Source: a virus (lineage: Duplodnaviria > Caudoviricetes). From it: DNA of 64,000 bases. This document shows, piece by piece, positions 29,985 through 39,650 of the stretch. The stretch's first letter is position 1, and every line of letters begins with the position of its first letter. The position numbers were made by a program, and so were the translations under genes. The stretch is from IMG/VR virus record IMGVR_UViG_3300014697_000001, positions 160,001 through 224,000 of that record, one strand, 5' to 3'. The notes under the pieces are model-generated. The model saw only the letters and a program-made list of their open reading frames with translations. It searched no databases and was not told where the DNA came from.

Positions 29985-31661
29985 ATGAGCACAATTTCTG
30001 ACATTCCTCAGGTCGGTATTGTTGACCTTGACCGTGAGTGGAGGATCTGGAACATCACCCAGATCTTCACTGGTCTGCCGGGCACTGGTCTACACTGTCC
30101 GAACGTCGATGACCTGATCCTGGACATGACGTCGGGTTACTACCGCGTCACCACCATCGACATAACCACCGGTCGTAGCACCTACATCCCGTGGGAGTTG
30201 CCCCCGGTCACCCAGAACAACGTGGTCATCGATCAGTTGCTTGGTGTGGGTACTGGTCAACAAAGTGAGACATGGCGGGTCTACATTGACACACGTCAGA
30301 TGCCCTTCTCGCTTCAAGTGGATGGTCGCCTGCACCTGTATCGGTCTGATGCGGACCATTACAAGGTCTTCCTGGGTACCGACCTCACCGACAACGGTGT
30401 AGTCGTCAGCGCCAATTACAATGCCTCCGGTGAATTCCTTGGAGAGAACATTCCACTGGAGCATGTCGGGACTGACAATATCAATAACTGGGCGATCTGG
30501 GCGCCAGCTGCCGGTAACACCAACCGCCGTCTCAATGACGGGGAAGTGGTGACCGTGGTGATGTATAATGCCACGGGACACAAGCTTAGCCATTCGTCGA
30601 TGCTGGTGCAGAACACCAGCCTGGTGCGTCGCTCTGCTGCTGGCATGAAACGCATCCGTTCCATCGGCCTCAAGAGCCCGTATCTGTCCGATGCAGACCC
30701 AACCCAACTCGTGGTACCGATTAACGTCGATCTGCGCACTGTGGGCGTTACAGGGGTTGTACGGTACAACTCCGGTGAAGAGATGGAAGTCCCCATCACG
30801 CTGGACGGCTCCGGTAAGATGAGTCTGCACGGTCTGCGGTGGTTCACTCCGACGATTCAGTCTCACCCGCACAAAATGACCCTGAGCTACCGGATGAGTG
30901 AAGATGAATACTCGTTGGAACACGGGATCACCGAGAACGGTTATATCACTGAAGCCTTTACCATCAAGGCGATTGCGGCAGACAATGCTTACAGCCTTCG
31001 TCTGTACGTCTTCCCGACGTGGAATGGTGCAGCAGGTCGGTATGACTTGGACTTCTGGTTGTTTAACATCGACCGGGACGTTTACTACCGCGTGCCGCGT
31101 AGCGTAATCGAGATCCCCGACAATGAAGTGGCCTTCGATGGCCAGGACTTTGTCTCCCGTCAACGGCTTAAGTTTGGTCTGAAGCTGTCCAACGTCGATC
31201 CGATCTTCACCGCTCACCGTTTTGTACAAGCGGCTGAGATCTCGCTGACCAAGGCGGGTGATCAGTCAGGTGACCGTTGGCAGATCAAATGTGATCCGTC
31301 GCAGGAGAAGTTCTACGGTCAAGGTATCGTGGCCAAGAACCGCTTCGTCAACACCAACCTGTCGTACCTGGATCTGAAGTCCGGTGCTACCAGCCTGGAT
31401 GCGTGGCTGGACAAAGTGTACCGGCCTTTGAACCATTTATATGACAGCACAAGTGAAGTCGCTGCTCCAGAGCCGACACACTTTGTGATCCATACCAAGA
31501 CACGCGAGTACACCTTCTATCGTGATCAGTGGAGCCAGGAGTTCCCGATTCTCAATGATGTTAAAGTTGGCGAGACCATTTACCTGCGGTGGGTGCGCGA
31601 AACTGCGCAAGGTCCATTGCAGCTTGGGGTCACGGGCATGAGTGTGCAGCAAAGCAACTGA
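29985..31661 (+). CDS. Conserved virion structural protein (phiKZ gp26-like)
   Basis: 558 aa, beta-rich, immediately upstream of terminase. Confidence 0.7.
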   Translation: MSTISDIPQVGIVDLDREWRIWNITQIFTGLPGTGLHCPNVDDLILDMTSGYYRVTTIDITTGRSTYIPWELPPVTQNNVVIDQLLGVGTGQQSETWRVYIDTRQMPFSLQVDGRLHLYRSDADHYKVFLGTDLTDNGVVVSANYNASGEFLGENIPLEHVGTDNINNWAIWAPAAGNTNRRLNDGEVVTVVMYNATGHKLSHSSMLVQNTSLVRRSAAGMKRIRSIGLKSPYLSDADPTQLVVPINVDLRTVGVTGVVRYNSGEEMEVPITLDGSGKMSLHGLRWFTPTIQSHPHKMTLSYRMSEDEYSLEHGITENGYITEAFTIKAIAADNAYSLRLYVFPTWNGAAGRYDLDFWLFNIDRDVYYRVPRSVIEIPDNEVAFDGQDFVSRQRLKFGLKLSNVDPIFTAHRFVQAAEISLTKAGDQSGDRWQIKCDPSQEKFYGQGIVAKNRFVNTNLSYLDLKSGATSLDAWLDKVYRPLNHLYDSTSEVAAPEPTHFVIHTKTREYTFYRDQWSQEFPILNDVKVGETIYLRWVRETAQGPLQLGVTGMSVQQSN

Positions 31662-31733
31662 GTTAGGGTGCCTGGGTCTGTCGGGGGTAATTCCCCGATA
31701 GGCCTGGGTATGCCTTGGGATTGAGGTCCATCA

Positions 31734-33953
31734 ATGGAAACTATTCTTTTTGCTAACGACTGGCAGGAGAAGTACCCCACCGCAATTTGGGATACCAAGA
31801 CGACCAATACCTCCTTTTTGGGTTTCTCGGCCCTGCTGAAACACATGGGGGTTAAGAACCACTTGTTCATGCTGGCATTGCTTCAGCCTGATCTTCAAGG
31901 GGTCGATCCCTTTGATCCGTTACTCTCCGAGGAGATGAAACTCAAGATCAAGATCGAGTGTACGTTCAACCCTTGGTACTTCATTCGTGAAGTCATGCGG
32001 GTACCGCCGGCAGCAGGTGATACACCCATCAAGCTGGAAGCAAACCGGGGTAACATCTCGCTGTGGTGGAGTTTCCTGAACCACATCGACTACTTCCTTG
32101 TGCAGATCCGTCAGACCGGTAAGTCCCTTAACTCGGACGGTATCTCGGTTTGGTATCAGGTCTTCGGCGCACGCAACTCGCGGTCCAACCTGTTCACCAA
32201 GGGTGACTTGTACAAGGAACACATTGCACGTCTGAAGAAACTCCGGGCATTGCTCCCTAAGTACCTGGTGAACATTGTCAAGAAGGACACGGATAACCAG
32301 AAAGAATTCACCAACATGTCCCAAGGTAACCGGATGGTGGTCTACATCCCTCAGAAGGACGAAGAAGCGGCCCGTAACCTAGGTCGTGGTCTGACTGTAC
32401 CCCACAACCACACGGACGAAATCGCGTTCCTGAAGAACGTCCACATCTCCTTGGGTGTTATGCTCGCAGGTGGTGGTGCGGCACGTGAAGAAGCGGCCCG
32501 CAACGGCCTGCCGTACGGTAACATCTTTACTACCACAGCGGGCGAACTGGACACCCCGGAAGGGGCCTATGCCTACGACCTCATGACCGGTGGGGCCGAG
32601 TGGAACGATCACTTCTACGACTGCACCAATCGCACCGAACTGTACGAGGTGGTTCGCAAGCAGTGCCGTAACAAAGATGCCATCCTGATCAACGGTACCT
32701 TCAACCATCGTCAGCTGGGTAAGACCGATGCATGGCTCAGGACCAAAATTGCAGAATCCCGCCAGACCGGTGACGAGGTTCGGCGTGACTATCTGAACGA
32801 ATGGACCTCAGGTAACGCCAAGAACCCGCTGACCAAAGACTTGTTGCGCAAGATCATGGCCAGTGTGGTCAAGCCCGAGTTCCTTGAAATCGATAAGACG
32901 GACTATTATTCGATTCGCTGGTATGTGCCAGAACGAGAAGTTCGGGAAGGTTTGCCGGGACGTGAACTTGTCATGGGGATGGACACCTCCAACGCAGTCG
33001 GACGAGACAACATCACAGGGGTGATATTGGACACCAGTACCCTTGAGACAGTCGGGGCATGGACAGTGAACGACTCCAACCTCACGGTGTTTGCCATGTG
33101 GCTGGTGAAGTTCTTTATCCGATTCAAGAAGTTGACCTTGGTGCCTGAGTCGAAATCCACCTGGATCGGTATTCTGGACACCTTGTTGCTGACTCTGCCG
33201 TCTCACGGTATTGACCCTGCCAAGCGGATCTACTCGACGTTGGTTGATGCCAAGGACCAATCGCCTGAGGACCGTAAGCGCTACCACGAGTACATTGGGG
33301 ATCGGGATAATTACCGGTCGTATCGGAAGCATTTCGGTTTCCCAACGAACCAAGGGTTGCGTGAGATCATCTATGGACCCGTCTTGCAGGAAGCGGCCAA
33401 GAAGACAGGTTCACTGGTACGGGATGCCAAGTTGCAAGGTGAGCTGGCACGTCTGGTGGAAAGGAATAACCGGATCGACCACCAGGCATCTGGACACGAC
33501 GACCATGTCATCAGTTGGCTACTCTGTCACTGGTTCTTGACGTACGGTCAGAACCTTGAGCATTACGGCATTACCTTGAGCGAGGTCAAACGGCGCGTCT
33601 ATGAGGCTGAACATAAGTTGTCCTGGGATGAACAGCGCCGCTACGATAAGCAGCAGCAGATTCGTGACGAGATCGCCCTGCTCAATGAACGGTTGTCCTC
33701 AGAGCGCAACGTCTACGAACGAACCAAGGTGCAAAACCGGTTAGACCTCTTGATGGCCAAGATCTCCGATGAGTTTGACATGGAGAGTGCGGCATCCATT
33801 GACCAGATCAAAGAGAGTAACCGGGAGCGGCAGATGATCGATACCCGATCGTTTGGACCGGGTAGGGCCTTGGCCTTTGAGCGACCATTGAACCTTGACC
33901 TGCGCAGTCGAGGTCATTATCAGGCGCCCAGAGGCCAGGTCATGATTCGGTGA
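31734..33953 (+). CDS. terL: Terminase large subunit
   Basis: Walker A RQTGKS, Walker B HTDEIAF, coupling motif TTT, and RNase H-like nuclease residues GMDTS and HDDHVISW. Confidence 0.93.
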   Translation: METILFANDWQEKYPTAIWDTKTTNTSFLGFSALLKHMGVKNHLFMLALLQPDLQGVDPFDPLLSEEMKLKIKIECTFNPWYFIREVMRVPPAAGDTPIKLEANRGNISLWWSFLNHIDYFLVQIRQTGKSLNSDGISVWYQVFGARNSRSNLFTKGDLYKEHIARLKKLRALLPKYLVNIVKKDTDNQKEFTNMSQGNRMVVYIPQKDEEAARNLGRGLTVPHNHTDEIAFLKNVHISLGVMLAGGGAAREEAARNGLPYGNIFTTTAGELDTPEGAYAYDLMTGGAEWNDHFYDCTNRTELYEVVRKQCRNKDAILINGTFNHRQLGKTDAWLRTKIAESRQTGDEVRRDYLNEWTSGNAKNPLTKDLLRKIMASVVKPEFLEIDKTDYYSIRWYVPEREVREGLPGRELVMGMDTSNAVGRDNITGVILDTSTLETVGAWTVNDSNLTVFAMWLVKFFIRFKKLTLVPESKSTWIGILDTLLLTLPSHGIDPAKRIYSTLVDAKDQSPEDRKRYHEYIGDRDNYRSYRKHFGFPTNQGLREIIYGPVLQEAAKKTGSLVRDAKLQGELARLVERNNRIDHQASGHDDHVISWLLCHWFLTYGQNLEHYGITLSEVKRRVYEAEHKLSWDEQRRYDKQQQIRDEIALLNERLSSERNVYERTKVQNRLDLLMAKISDEFDMESAASIDQIKESNRERQMIDTRSFGPGRALAFERPLNLDLRSRGHYQAPRGQVMIR

Positions 33954-33956
33954 GAC

Positions 33957-33990
33957 GGCATAGAGAGGGGCGCTCGCCCCTCTCTATGTT
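33957..33990. terminator. Bidirectional hairpin/TATG terminator
   Basis: GGCATAGAGAGGGGCG-CT-CGCCCCTCTCTATGTT between convergent genes. Confidence 0.75.
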
Positions 33991-33995
33991 GGCCG

Positions 33996-35255
33996 TTACG
34001 TTTTACGGTAATGGTTCATGGTTACAGTCCGGATGACCAGGTATAGTACGATCCCGGTGCGGATGGATTTCATCAGCGAATCGTTCTTGGTCTTGACTGC
34101 CTTCTTCACCACATCGTAACCCACGTCCCTCATTTCCAGCAACAGATCGTTATTGGCACGAGAGGCGGTGTAAAGGTTACGGAGCTTCCCTAGCAGCGAG
34201 GCGATGTCCTTGGTGTTGATGCTGTTGCGGTTAGACGCAATGAAGTCAAACAAGTGCTCCAGGGTCAGGTCCACCAAACGGGTGACGTTGGGGTCACCTT
34301 TGAGCTTGGAGGAGTGTTTGGCCATGTACTCCAAGCACTCGAGCATGTTGTGCAAGGGCAGCTTGGGCATGGTGCCTGCGACGATCTCGGCAAGTTCCCG
34401 GATGATGAAACTGTTACGGTCTGCCATGACTTCGTCGAGGTAGCGGCGGTACGTGGAGTAGACGTTCTTGCGATTGCGGACCACAACCTCCCCATCCATA
34501 TTGATCGAGGTGTTAGAGGTGCTGCGGATCAATGCCGTAGGATCACGACGCACGATCTCGAACTCGTCGCGGATGTTCTTCAAGTAACCCTTGATCCGAC
34601 CTTGGATGTCGTTGACCATGTAGATGATGTCGTAGTCATCGTCAAACTGCTGAAACGTCTTTTGCTTGAAATGTGGGGAGTCCTTGGCCAAGGTAGCGGT
34701 GGCACGGTATTCCAACAAGGCACCCCAGCTTCCCAACTCCTTCAGTTTGTATTTCTTGGGGAGGCGAGCGTAGGTGGCTACCGCCACCGCCTCGTCGGCC
34801 TTATTGGGGAACCAGTAAGCCAATATGGAGGTGATGAACTTGTACTGCAACACCAACAGGGCATCGACCATGGCCTGTTGTTTTTCAGACTCAGTCAGCT
34901 TGGATCGGAAGATCGCATGGACCAGCCAAAGGCACGACAGGTTCATGACGTTGGTCGATACGAAACGGACCTTCTTGGGGTCGGGTACCAGAGTGCTCAA
35001 TTCCAGCAGTTCATCCTGCAGGGAGACATCATCGATGTCCATCACGCTGGTGAACCATTCCAACTGATCGGTGCGGGTGAAACGAACGTCCTGTACGCCC
35101 ATCAAATGTCCGCCGAAGAAAGCCACATGGTCTTCATTCTTGTTGGCGAAGTTTTGGCGGTACGTCTGCAGGCGCCGAATAAACTGGCGGTCGATGGTGA
35201 TGTGTTGACATGCCGCATCAAACAACGACTTCACGTTAGGGGGAGGCGTGGCCAT
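33996..35255 (-). CDS. Conserved virion-associated protein of phiKZ-like phages
   Basis: About 419 aa, helical, FFGGHLMGV motif, AGGA RBS; convergent with terminase. Confidence 0.6.
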   Translation of the reverse strand: MATPPPNVKSLFDAACQHITIDRQFIRRLQTYRQNFANKNEDHVAFFGGHLMGVQDVRFTRTDQLEWFTSVMDIDDVSLQDELLELSTLVPDPKKVRFVSTNVMNLSCLWLVHAIFRSKLTESEKQQAMVDALLVLQYKFITSILAYWFPNKADEAVAVATYARLPKKYKLKELGSWGALLEYRATATLAKDSPHFKQKTFQQFDDDYDIIYMVNDIQGRIKGYLKNIRDEFEIVRRDPTALIRSTSNTSINMDGEVVVRNRKNVYSTYRRYLDEVMADRNSFIIRELAEIVAGTMPKLPLHNMLECLEYMAKHSSKLKGDPNVTRLVDLTLEHLFDFIASNRNSINTKDIASLLGKLRNLYTASRANNDLLLEMRDVGYDVVKKAVKTKNDSLMKSIRTGIVLYLVIRTVTMNHYRKT

Positions 35256-35302
35256 GATAAGTCCTGCTGTGAAAATCAAAGGTGAATATCATACCGATAC
35301 GA

Positions 35303-35336
35303 ATGGAATATTCTTCAACCCTACATGATCCAGGTG
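35303..35336 (+). promoter_or_regulatory. Putative early promoter
   Basis: TTCAACCC-TACATGAT-N5-TG. Confidence 0.65.
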
Positions 35337-35368
35337 AATATAACCCAAAATCGTAAGGAGATTTACCC

Positions 35369-35923
35369 GTGTCTACCCAACAAGATCTTTACGCCCCGAA
35401 GAACAACGACCGCTTTGATAACACAGCTTCCACGCTGATGCTGGAAAGCCATACCATCAAATCATCCATCGGTGGAGCCATTGGAGTACGTGAGATGCAA
35501 GGGACTTTAAGTAGCCGGATTCGTAGTCTGACCTGCGATGTAGTCGAAGGAATGACCCAGTACGAATGGCGCGCCAAGGCTATCAAGCACCCGGCATATC
35601 CGCTGATCTTTGAAGAACTTAAAGCCGCCCATGACTTCAAGATCCTTGATAAGGTCATGGATCAGCTGGAGGCCCTAGGATGCATTGTAACGTACGATCG
35701 GTCCACTGCCCAACTCACCGTAGGGTTGAACATCAATAACCTCTGTAAAGGCTTCACAGAGCGTATGACGATGGTGGATGTGCGTAACAAGCGACTCATT
35801 GATCAAGCCAATGGCATTGGTCCTCTGGATCGGTTCATGGAACCCCAATCCAGGCTGCAAGCGGGCGACATCCAGATCAGTCCTACGTACTTTCTGACGT
35901 TCAACCTCAAGGACGATCAGTAA
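35369..35923 (+). CDS. Early hypothetical protein
   Basis: 184 aa, TAAGGAG RBS, GTG start. Confidence 0.8.
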   Translation: MSTQQDLYAPKNNDRFDNTASTLMLESHTIKSSIGGAIGVREMQGTLSSRIRSLTCDVVEGMTQYEWRAKAIKHPAYPLIFEELKAAHDFKILDKVMDQLEALGCIVTYDRSTAQLTVGLNINNLCKGFTERMTMVDVRNKRLIDQANGIGPLDRFMEPQSRLQAGDIQISPTYFLTFNLKDDQ

Positions 35924-36026
35924 CCTACACTTGAAACCCTGTCCGCTGATGTCTTAGTCAGCGGTTCCCCTTTCCATTTCTGACTAAGATGGGCAGGGTT
36001 TCTTTTTTGCCCCAGGAGGCACATTC

Positions 36027-36443
36027 ATGTCCAGCGATGTTATCGGACGCATTGAAACATTCAAGCAACTGGTAAACACCCTCTCTCAGTACATTCATAC
36101 CGCCATCCCTCCTGAGATTGAACGGCAGGTATTCACTCACTCTGCTCCACTGATTCAGTCAGTTGCATGGCTCATGACCGGTTTCCACAAAGACCTGACG
36201 GCAGACATGTCCGTGGACGATACTGTCAACCACCTGATGACTTGGCGTGGTGACATCGCCCGGTTGCTCAAAGACAATGAGGTGTCATTCGACATCGTGG
36301 TACGGGATAATGAGATCTGGGGATACATGAGCGATTATCAGTCAGGGATCGCCATCGGTCACTCCTTGACGAAGAAGGATGAACTCTTCCTGGACAAACT
36401 CATGCTGAAGGACCTCTACATCGCGCCGGTGTGGTTGAACTGA
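36027..36443 (+). CDS. Hypothetical protein
   Basis: 138 aa, AGGAGG RBS. Confidence 0.8.
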   Translation: MSSDVIGRIETFKQLVNTLSQYIHTAIPPEIERQVFTHSAPLIQSVAWLMTGFHKDLTADMSVDDTVNHLMTWRGDIARLLKDNEVSFDIVVRDNEIWGYMSDYQSGIAIGHSLTKKDELFLDKLMLKDLYIAPVWLN

Positions 36444-36905
36444 TTCATCTGACATAAAGCCCCTATACAGTCCCTCTCGAAGGCTGTATAGGGGTACTTT
36501 ATCGGGTGATCTTTTTTCTTTTACAATAGGGTCCATATTGGTATAGGTGTTCATTTCCGCATCTGATCTAAGGGGGGTGGAAATGGGCCAGTAGAGTTCG
36601 TTCTGTGTAGTTAATATCTGGGGGGTTTGGAGACTACTGATTTGCGATCCTGTAGCGTAGCGTAAGGGAGACAAATCATCATTGCTGGTGCTCTTAAGAG
36701 GGCTTCGCCCTCTATATACACTAAGTAAAACATATAACCATACCATTAATGGATACCGTAATTTATTACGATCCATCGGTAAGTTCAGGACCGACTGAGA
36801 TCAGCGTGAGCGAGATCGAAGGAGGAGTTCTCCCAACTTACCAGCTTCGGGCTGGTTATTTATGTTGCTTCACTGAAATCGTATGGACTACTTACCGGAG
36901 TGATC

Positions 36906-37556
36906 ATGAATACATTAATCTTAAGTTCCGAACAAGAAAGACTGAAAGGACGTTTTCTACGGGTGTTGGGTAGACCACTCCTTAAAGGCAATGTGAACCT
37001 TGGGTACTTTGGTGAATTCACCGCTGATGAAGTTATCCATGACCCCACGCTAGTCAGCACCCTGGGACTGACAGCAGGAACTGCACAATGGAACAATGAG
37101 AAATGGCTTGGGTTTAGTTACAGGGGTCGACGGCTTCTAGTCGCTAAGAAACCCAAACGGAATTTCATTTCATGGAATGACCTCAATGCCCGTGGTCTGA
37201 TCTTTGGCCGAGACCTGGTCATTAAAGGACTCCCTGCTAAGTGCCGGGTCTTGACCGGTGGTAACGGCAATCCCTCAACTGCGGCGGGAGGCGAATACTC
37301 CGCACTGATTGCCAGTGTGTCCGAATCCACCAATGGTGAGTTTGCCCAATTTACTGCCGCAGCACTGGGGATGGGACCTACACACGCAAGCGAGAATCCA
37401 GGTCGTGTAACGATTTGTCAAGAGACCGGAGTTGATCCACTGAACCGCGTGACGCGCGGGTCTTCGGGCCAAGGTATCATGGCTTATTTCAATCACCACG
37501 CCGCTACACTTGCTAACGAAGCCACTGGCTGGCGCCCTGTGATTGAATTCACCTGA
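36906..37556 (+). CDS. Putative virion surface protein with a C-type-lectin-like fold
   Basis: GGAG RBS; LLVAKKP...ISWNDL...RVLTGG...GEY...RG...GWRPVIE pattern. Confidence 0.55.
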   Translation: MNTLILSSEQERLKGRFLRVLGRPLLKGNVNLGYFGEFTADEVIHDPTLVSTLGLTAGTAQWNNEKWLGFSYRGRRLLVAKKPKRNFISWNDLNARGLIFGRDLVIKGLPAKCRVLTGGNGNPSTAAGGEYSALIASVSESTNGEFAQFTAAALGMGPTHASENPGRVTICQETGVDPLNRVTRGSSGQGIMAYFNHHAATLANEATGWRPVIEFT

Positions 37557-37596
37557 TCACTCCTTTCTGTATTATCTGGTTGCGGGGAAGTAAACC

Positions 37597-37944
37597 ATGA
37601 GCCTACAGGGTAGCTACACTGTCGATGAATTGATTGAGTATGCTAACGGTAAGCCTGTCATCACCCTTGACTTGAATGAACTGAAACACCAGTACCCGCA
37701 TGACCGAATCAGCAAGAAGCGCCTGGAGCGGATCGTCATTGATGGCTTCCCGATTATCGTCAAGCGCCATGCTGAAGGCTACCTGTACACCCTGGATGGG
37801 TTTCATCGGGCGTACAAGGCCATCAAGGAAGGACGTAAGACTATCCAGGGAGTCTTGTTAAGCGACAAAGACATCGAGATCCTGAAGAAAGCCACTCGAC
37901 CCCGGACGTTTGTCGAACATAAACCCCCTTCATTCAAATGGTGA
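37597..37944 (+). CDS. Stand-alone ParB/sulfiredoxin-like domain protein
   Basis: PIIV...YTLDGFHRAYKA...G.KTI motif; 115 aa. Confidence 0.75.
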   Translation: MSLQGSYTVDELIEYANGKPVITLDLNELKHQYPHDRISKKRLERIVIDGFPIIVKRHAEGYLYTLDGFHRAYKAIKEGRKTIQGVLLSDKDIEILKKATRPRTFVEHKPPSFKW

Positions 37945-37950
37945 CCTGAC

Positions 37951-38364
37951 ATGTTCAATGTATTCGTATCACTGGAAGACGTACTGGCTCCGATAGGAGA
38001 ATCCAAGGCACCTGTCGTTGGGATGCAGGTGGGTGACTGGGACGATAGCTTCATGAGCACGGTCAATCAGATTGTGGATCTAGGCTATGCGATCAAGGTC
38101 ATTCCGACTGGTAGTGCGGTGTCGGCAGAAGCCCTGAATCCTTTGACCAAGGTGATGGAACCTGATGATGGCGAGCCCATGAGCGAACCTCAGGTGGTGT
38201 TCTATTACAAGGGCAAGGGTGCAGAAGACATCTTGGAAGGTATTCCTGTTCTGACTGTCTCTGAGGGCAAGGTCCAGGTCAGTCACGAGGGCCGTGTAAA
38301 AGAATTGGCTGAATACCTGGGGATGTTGGATCATGAGGGGCCGGACGATGAAAACCGTTATTGA
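37951..38364 (+). CDS. Hypothetical protein, possible protease-processed head protein
   Basis: 137 aa with VSLE near the N-terminus and VSHE near the C-terminus. Confidence 0.65.
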   Translation: MFNVFVSLEDVLAPIGESKAPVVGMQVGDWDDSFMSTVNQIVDLGYAIKVIPTGSAVSAEALNPLTKVMEPDDGEPMSEPQVVFYYKGKGAEDILEGIPVLTVSEGKVQVSHEGRVKELAEYLGMLDHEGPDDENRY

Positions 38365-38662
38365 ATGGTCGGTGGTGGCTGCCATCCTGTTCATGGCAGT
38401 GTTTCCCTACATTGGGTATTACCGTGATAACAAGACGCTGAAGAACAGCCTCTACGACAATGGAGCGGGGTATATGGAAGTGTTCTTGAGCGCTGTCAAA
38501 CACCGCTTCTTCGAGGTCATGGGGACCTTGGTGTTGTTGTTCTTGCTGTGTGCGTGGTCGGTGGTCATTGCACTGGCTTGTGCAGTCTACTTTACAGCTG
38601 TCGCTTTCGCGGCGATATACGCGCAACGGCAGGGTTATAAAACGCGGGAGCTGGTGGATTGA
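38348..38662 (+). CDS. Small membrane protein (2-3 TM segments)
   Basis: 104 aa with hydrophobic helices, GAGG RBS. Confidence 0.7.
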   Translation: MKTVIEWSVVAAILFMAVFPYIGYYRDNKTLKNSLYDNGAGYMEVFLSAVKHRFFEVMGTLVLLFLLCAWSVVIALACAVYFTAVAFAAIYAQRQGYKTRELVD

Positions 38663-38670
38663 TTCGAACA

Positions 38671-38706
38671 TAGGGGAGGGGCGACTGCCCCTCCCCGTTA
38701 TGCCGC
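38671..38706 (+). terminator. Hairpin + TATGCC terminator
   Basis: GGGGAGGGGC-GACT-GCCCCTCCCC-GTTATGCCGC. Confidence 0.7.
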
Positions 38707-38722
38707 TTGCATGAAAATTCGA

Positions 38723-38756
38723 TTCGAAATAATTTCAACCCTACATAGTACTCGTG
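38723..38756 (+). promoter_or_regulatory. Putative early promoter
   Basis: TTCGA-N14-TACATAGT-N5-TG. Confidence 0.65.
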
Positions 38757-38808
38757 ACATGGCAGAATAATCTACCTGTCTAACCATGATCTATCTAGGA
38801 GATCCACC

Positions 38809-39183
38809 ATGAGCATCGCCACTATGAAAGCCGAACTGACCGCCGCCGTTGAGAACGTGGTTGCTGGCCGTAAAGTTTCAGACCTTCTGAAAGACCGTGC
38901 CAACCGCCTGCTGGCTGTGAGTTCCAAGTACTACAACGAAGAGACCCTCGATAACGACATCATCGAGAAAGTCATCGAGACCTTCAAAGCCAATCCGGAG
39001 TTGGGTAGTCACGACATGACTGTGGTCGATGGTGTCATCTATCCGGTCATGATGGATGAGGCAGAAGGCAATCAGGTCATCGATCAACTCGGTGAAATGC
39101 TTGACCTGTACGAACCTCATCAGTCTGCTACTCTGGCCTTTGTCATCCGCTGGACGTCGGAAGGTTACTTCAAAGCTGCATAA
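38809..39183 (+). CDS. Early hypothetical protein (acidic)
   Basis: 124 aa, AGGAG RBS. Confidence 0.8.
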   Translation: MSIATMKAELTAAVENVVAGRKVSDLLKDRANRLLAVSSKYYNEETLDNDIIEKVIETFKANPELGSHDMTVVDGVIYPVMMDEAEGNQVIDQLGEMLDLYEPHQSATLAFVIRWTSEGYFKAA

Positions 39184-39255
39184 CCCTTCCTCAACCGCTG
39201 CACCCAGGGTAGGACGTCCTACCCTGGCTACCCCATTCCCGTAAGGAGCTTTACC

Positions 39256-39645
39256 ATGAACTTCGCTACCATTATCGACACCATCGACATGTTGATCATC
39301 GTCGCTACCGTGTTGTTCGTTTTTATCATCCCACCGATCAAGGGCTATCCGAAAGGTGAAGCTCTCACCGCCCAGAATCTGAAGGAGTTCTTCCTGGGCT
39401 ATGCGTACGGTTACAGCCAGTCGGTCTACAAAGGCTTTGTCAGCAACGGCAAGCTGCGGATCGGTCGTACCCTGTTCCAGATCGCATTCACTATCGGTGT
39501 CTACCTCATCGGCCTTGAACTCTATGCTGCCGCTCAGGTGATTATCATCGCCCTGGCCGCACCACTGAGCCTTTTCCCTGAACCGAAACTCTCGGCAATG
39601 GAGAAAGTCATGCTGGATCTTGATATCTCCATGAAGGTCCACTGA
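39256..39645 (+). CDS. Early membrane protein
   Basis: 129 aa with about 3 hydrophobic segments, TAAGGAG RBS. Confidence 0.8.
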   Translation: MNFATIIDTIDMLIIVATVLFVFIIPPIKGYPKGEALTAQNLKEFFLGYAYGYSQSVYKGFVSNGKLRIGRTLFQIAFTIGVYLIGLELYAAAQVIIIALAAPLSLFPEPKLSAMEKVMLDLDISMKVH

Positions 39646-39650
39646 CCGAC

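Noticed and set aside
36749-36973. 74-aa ORF in the non-coding island
   Set aside because: No RBS, start lies inside a hairpin, and it overlaps the 36906 gene
37597-37944. ParABS partition system
   Set aside because: Only the ParB N-terminal-like domain is present; no ParA, HTH or parS array
38348-38662. Holin call for the small membrane protein
   Set aside because: No adjacent endolysin or spanin; hydrophobicity alone is insufficient
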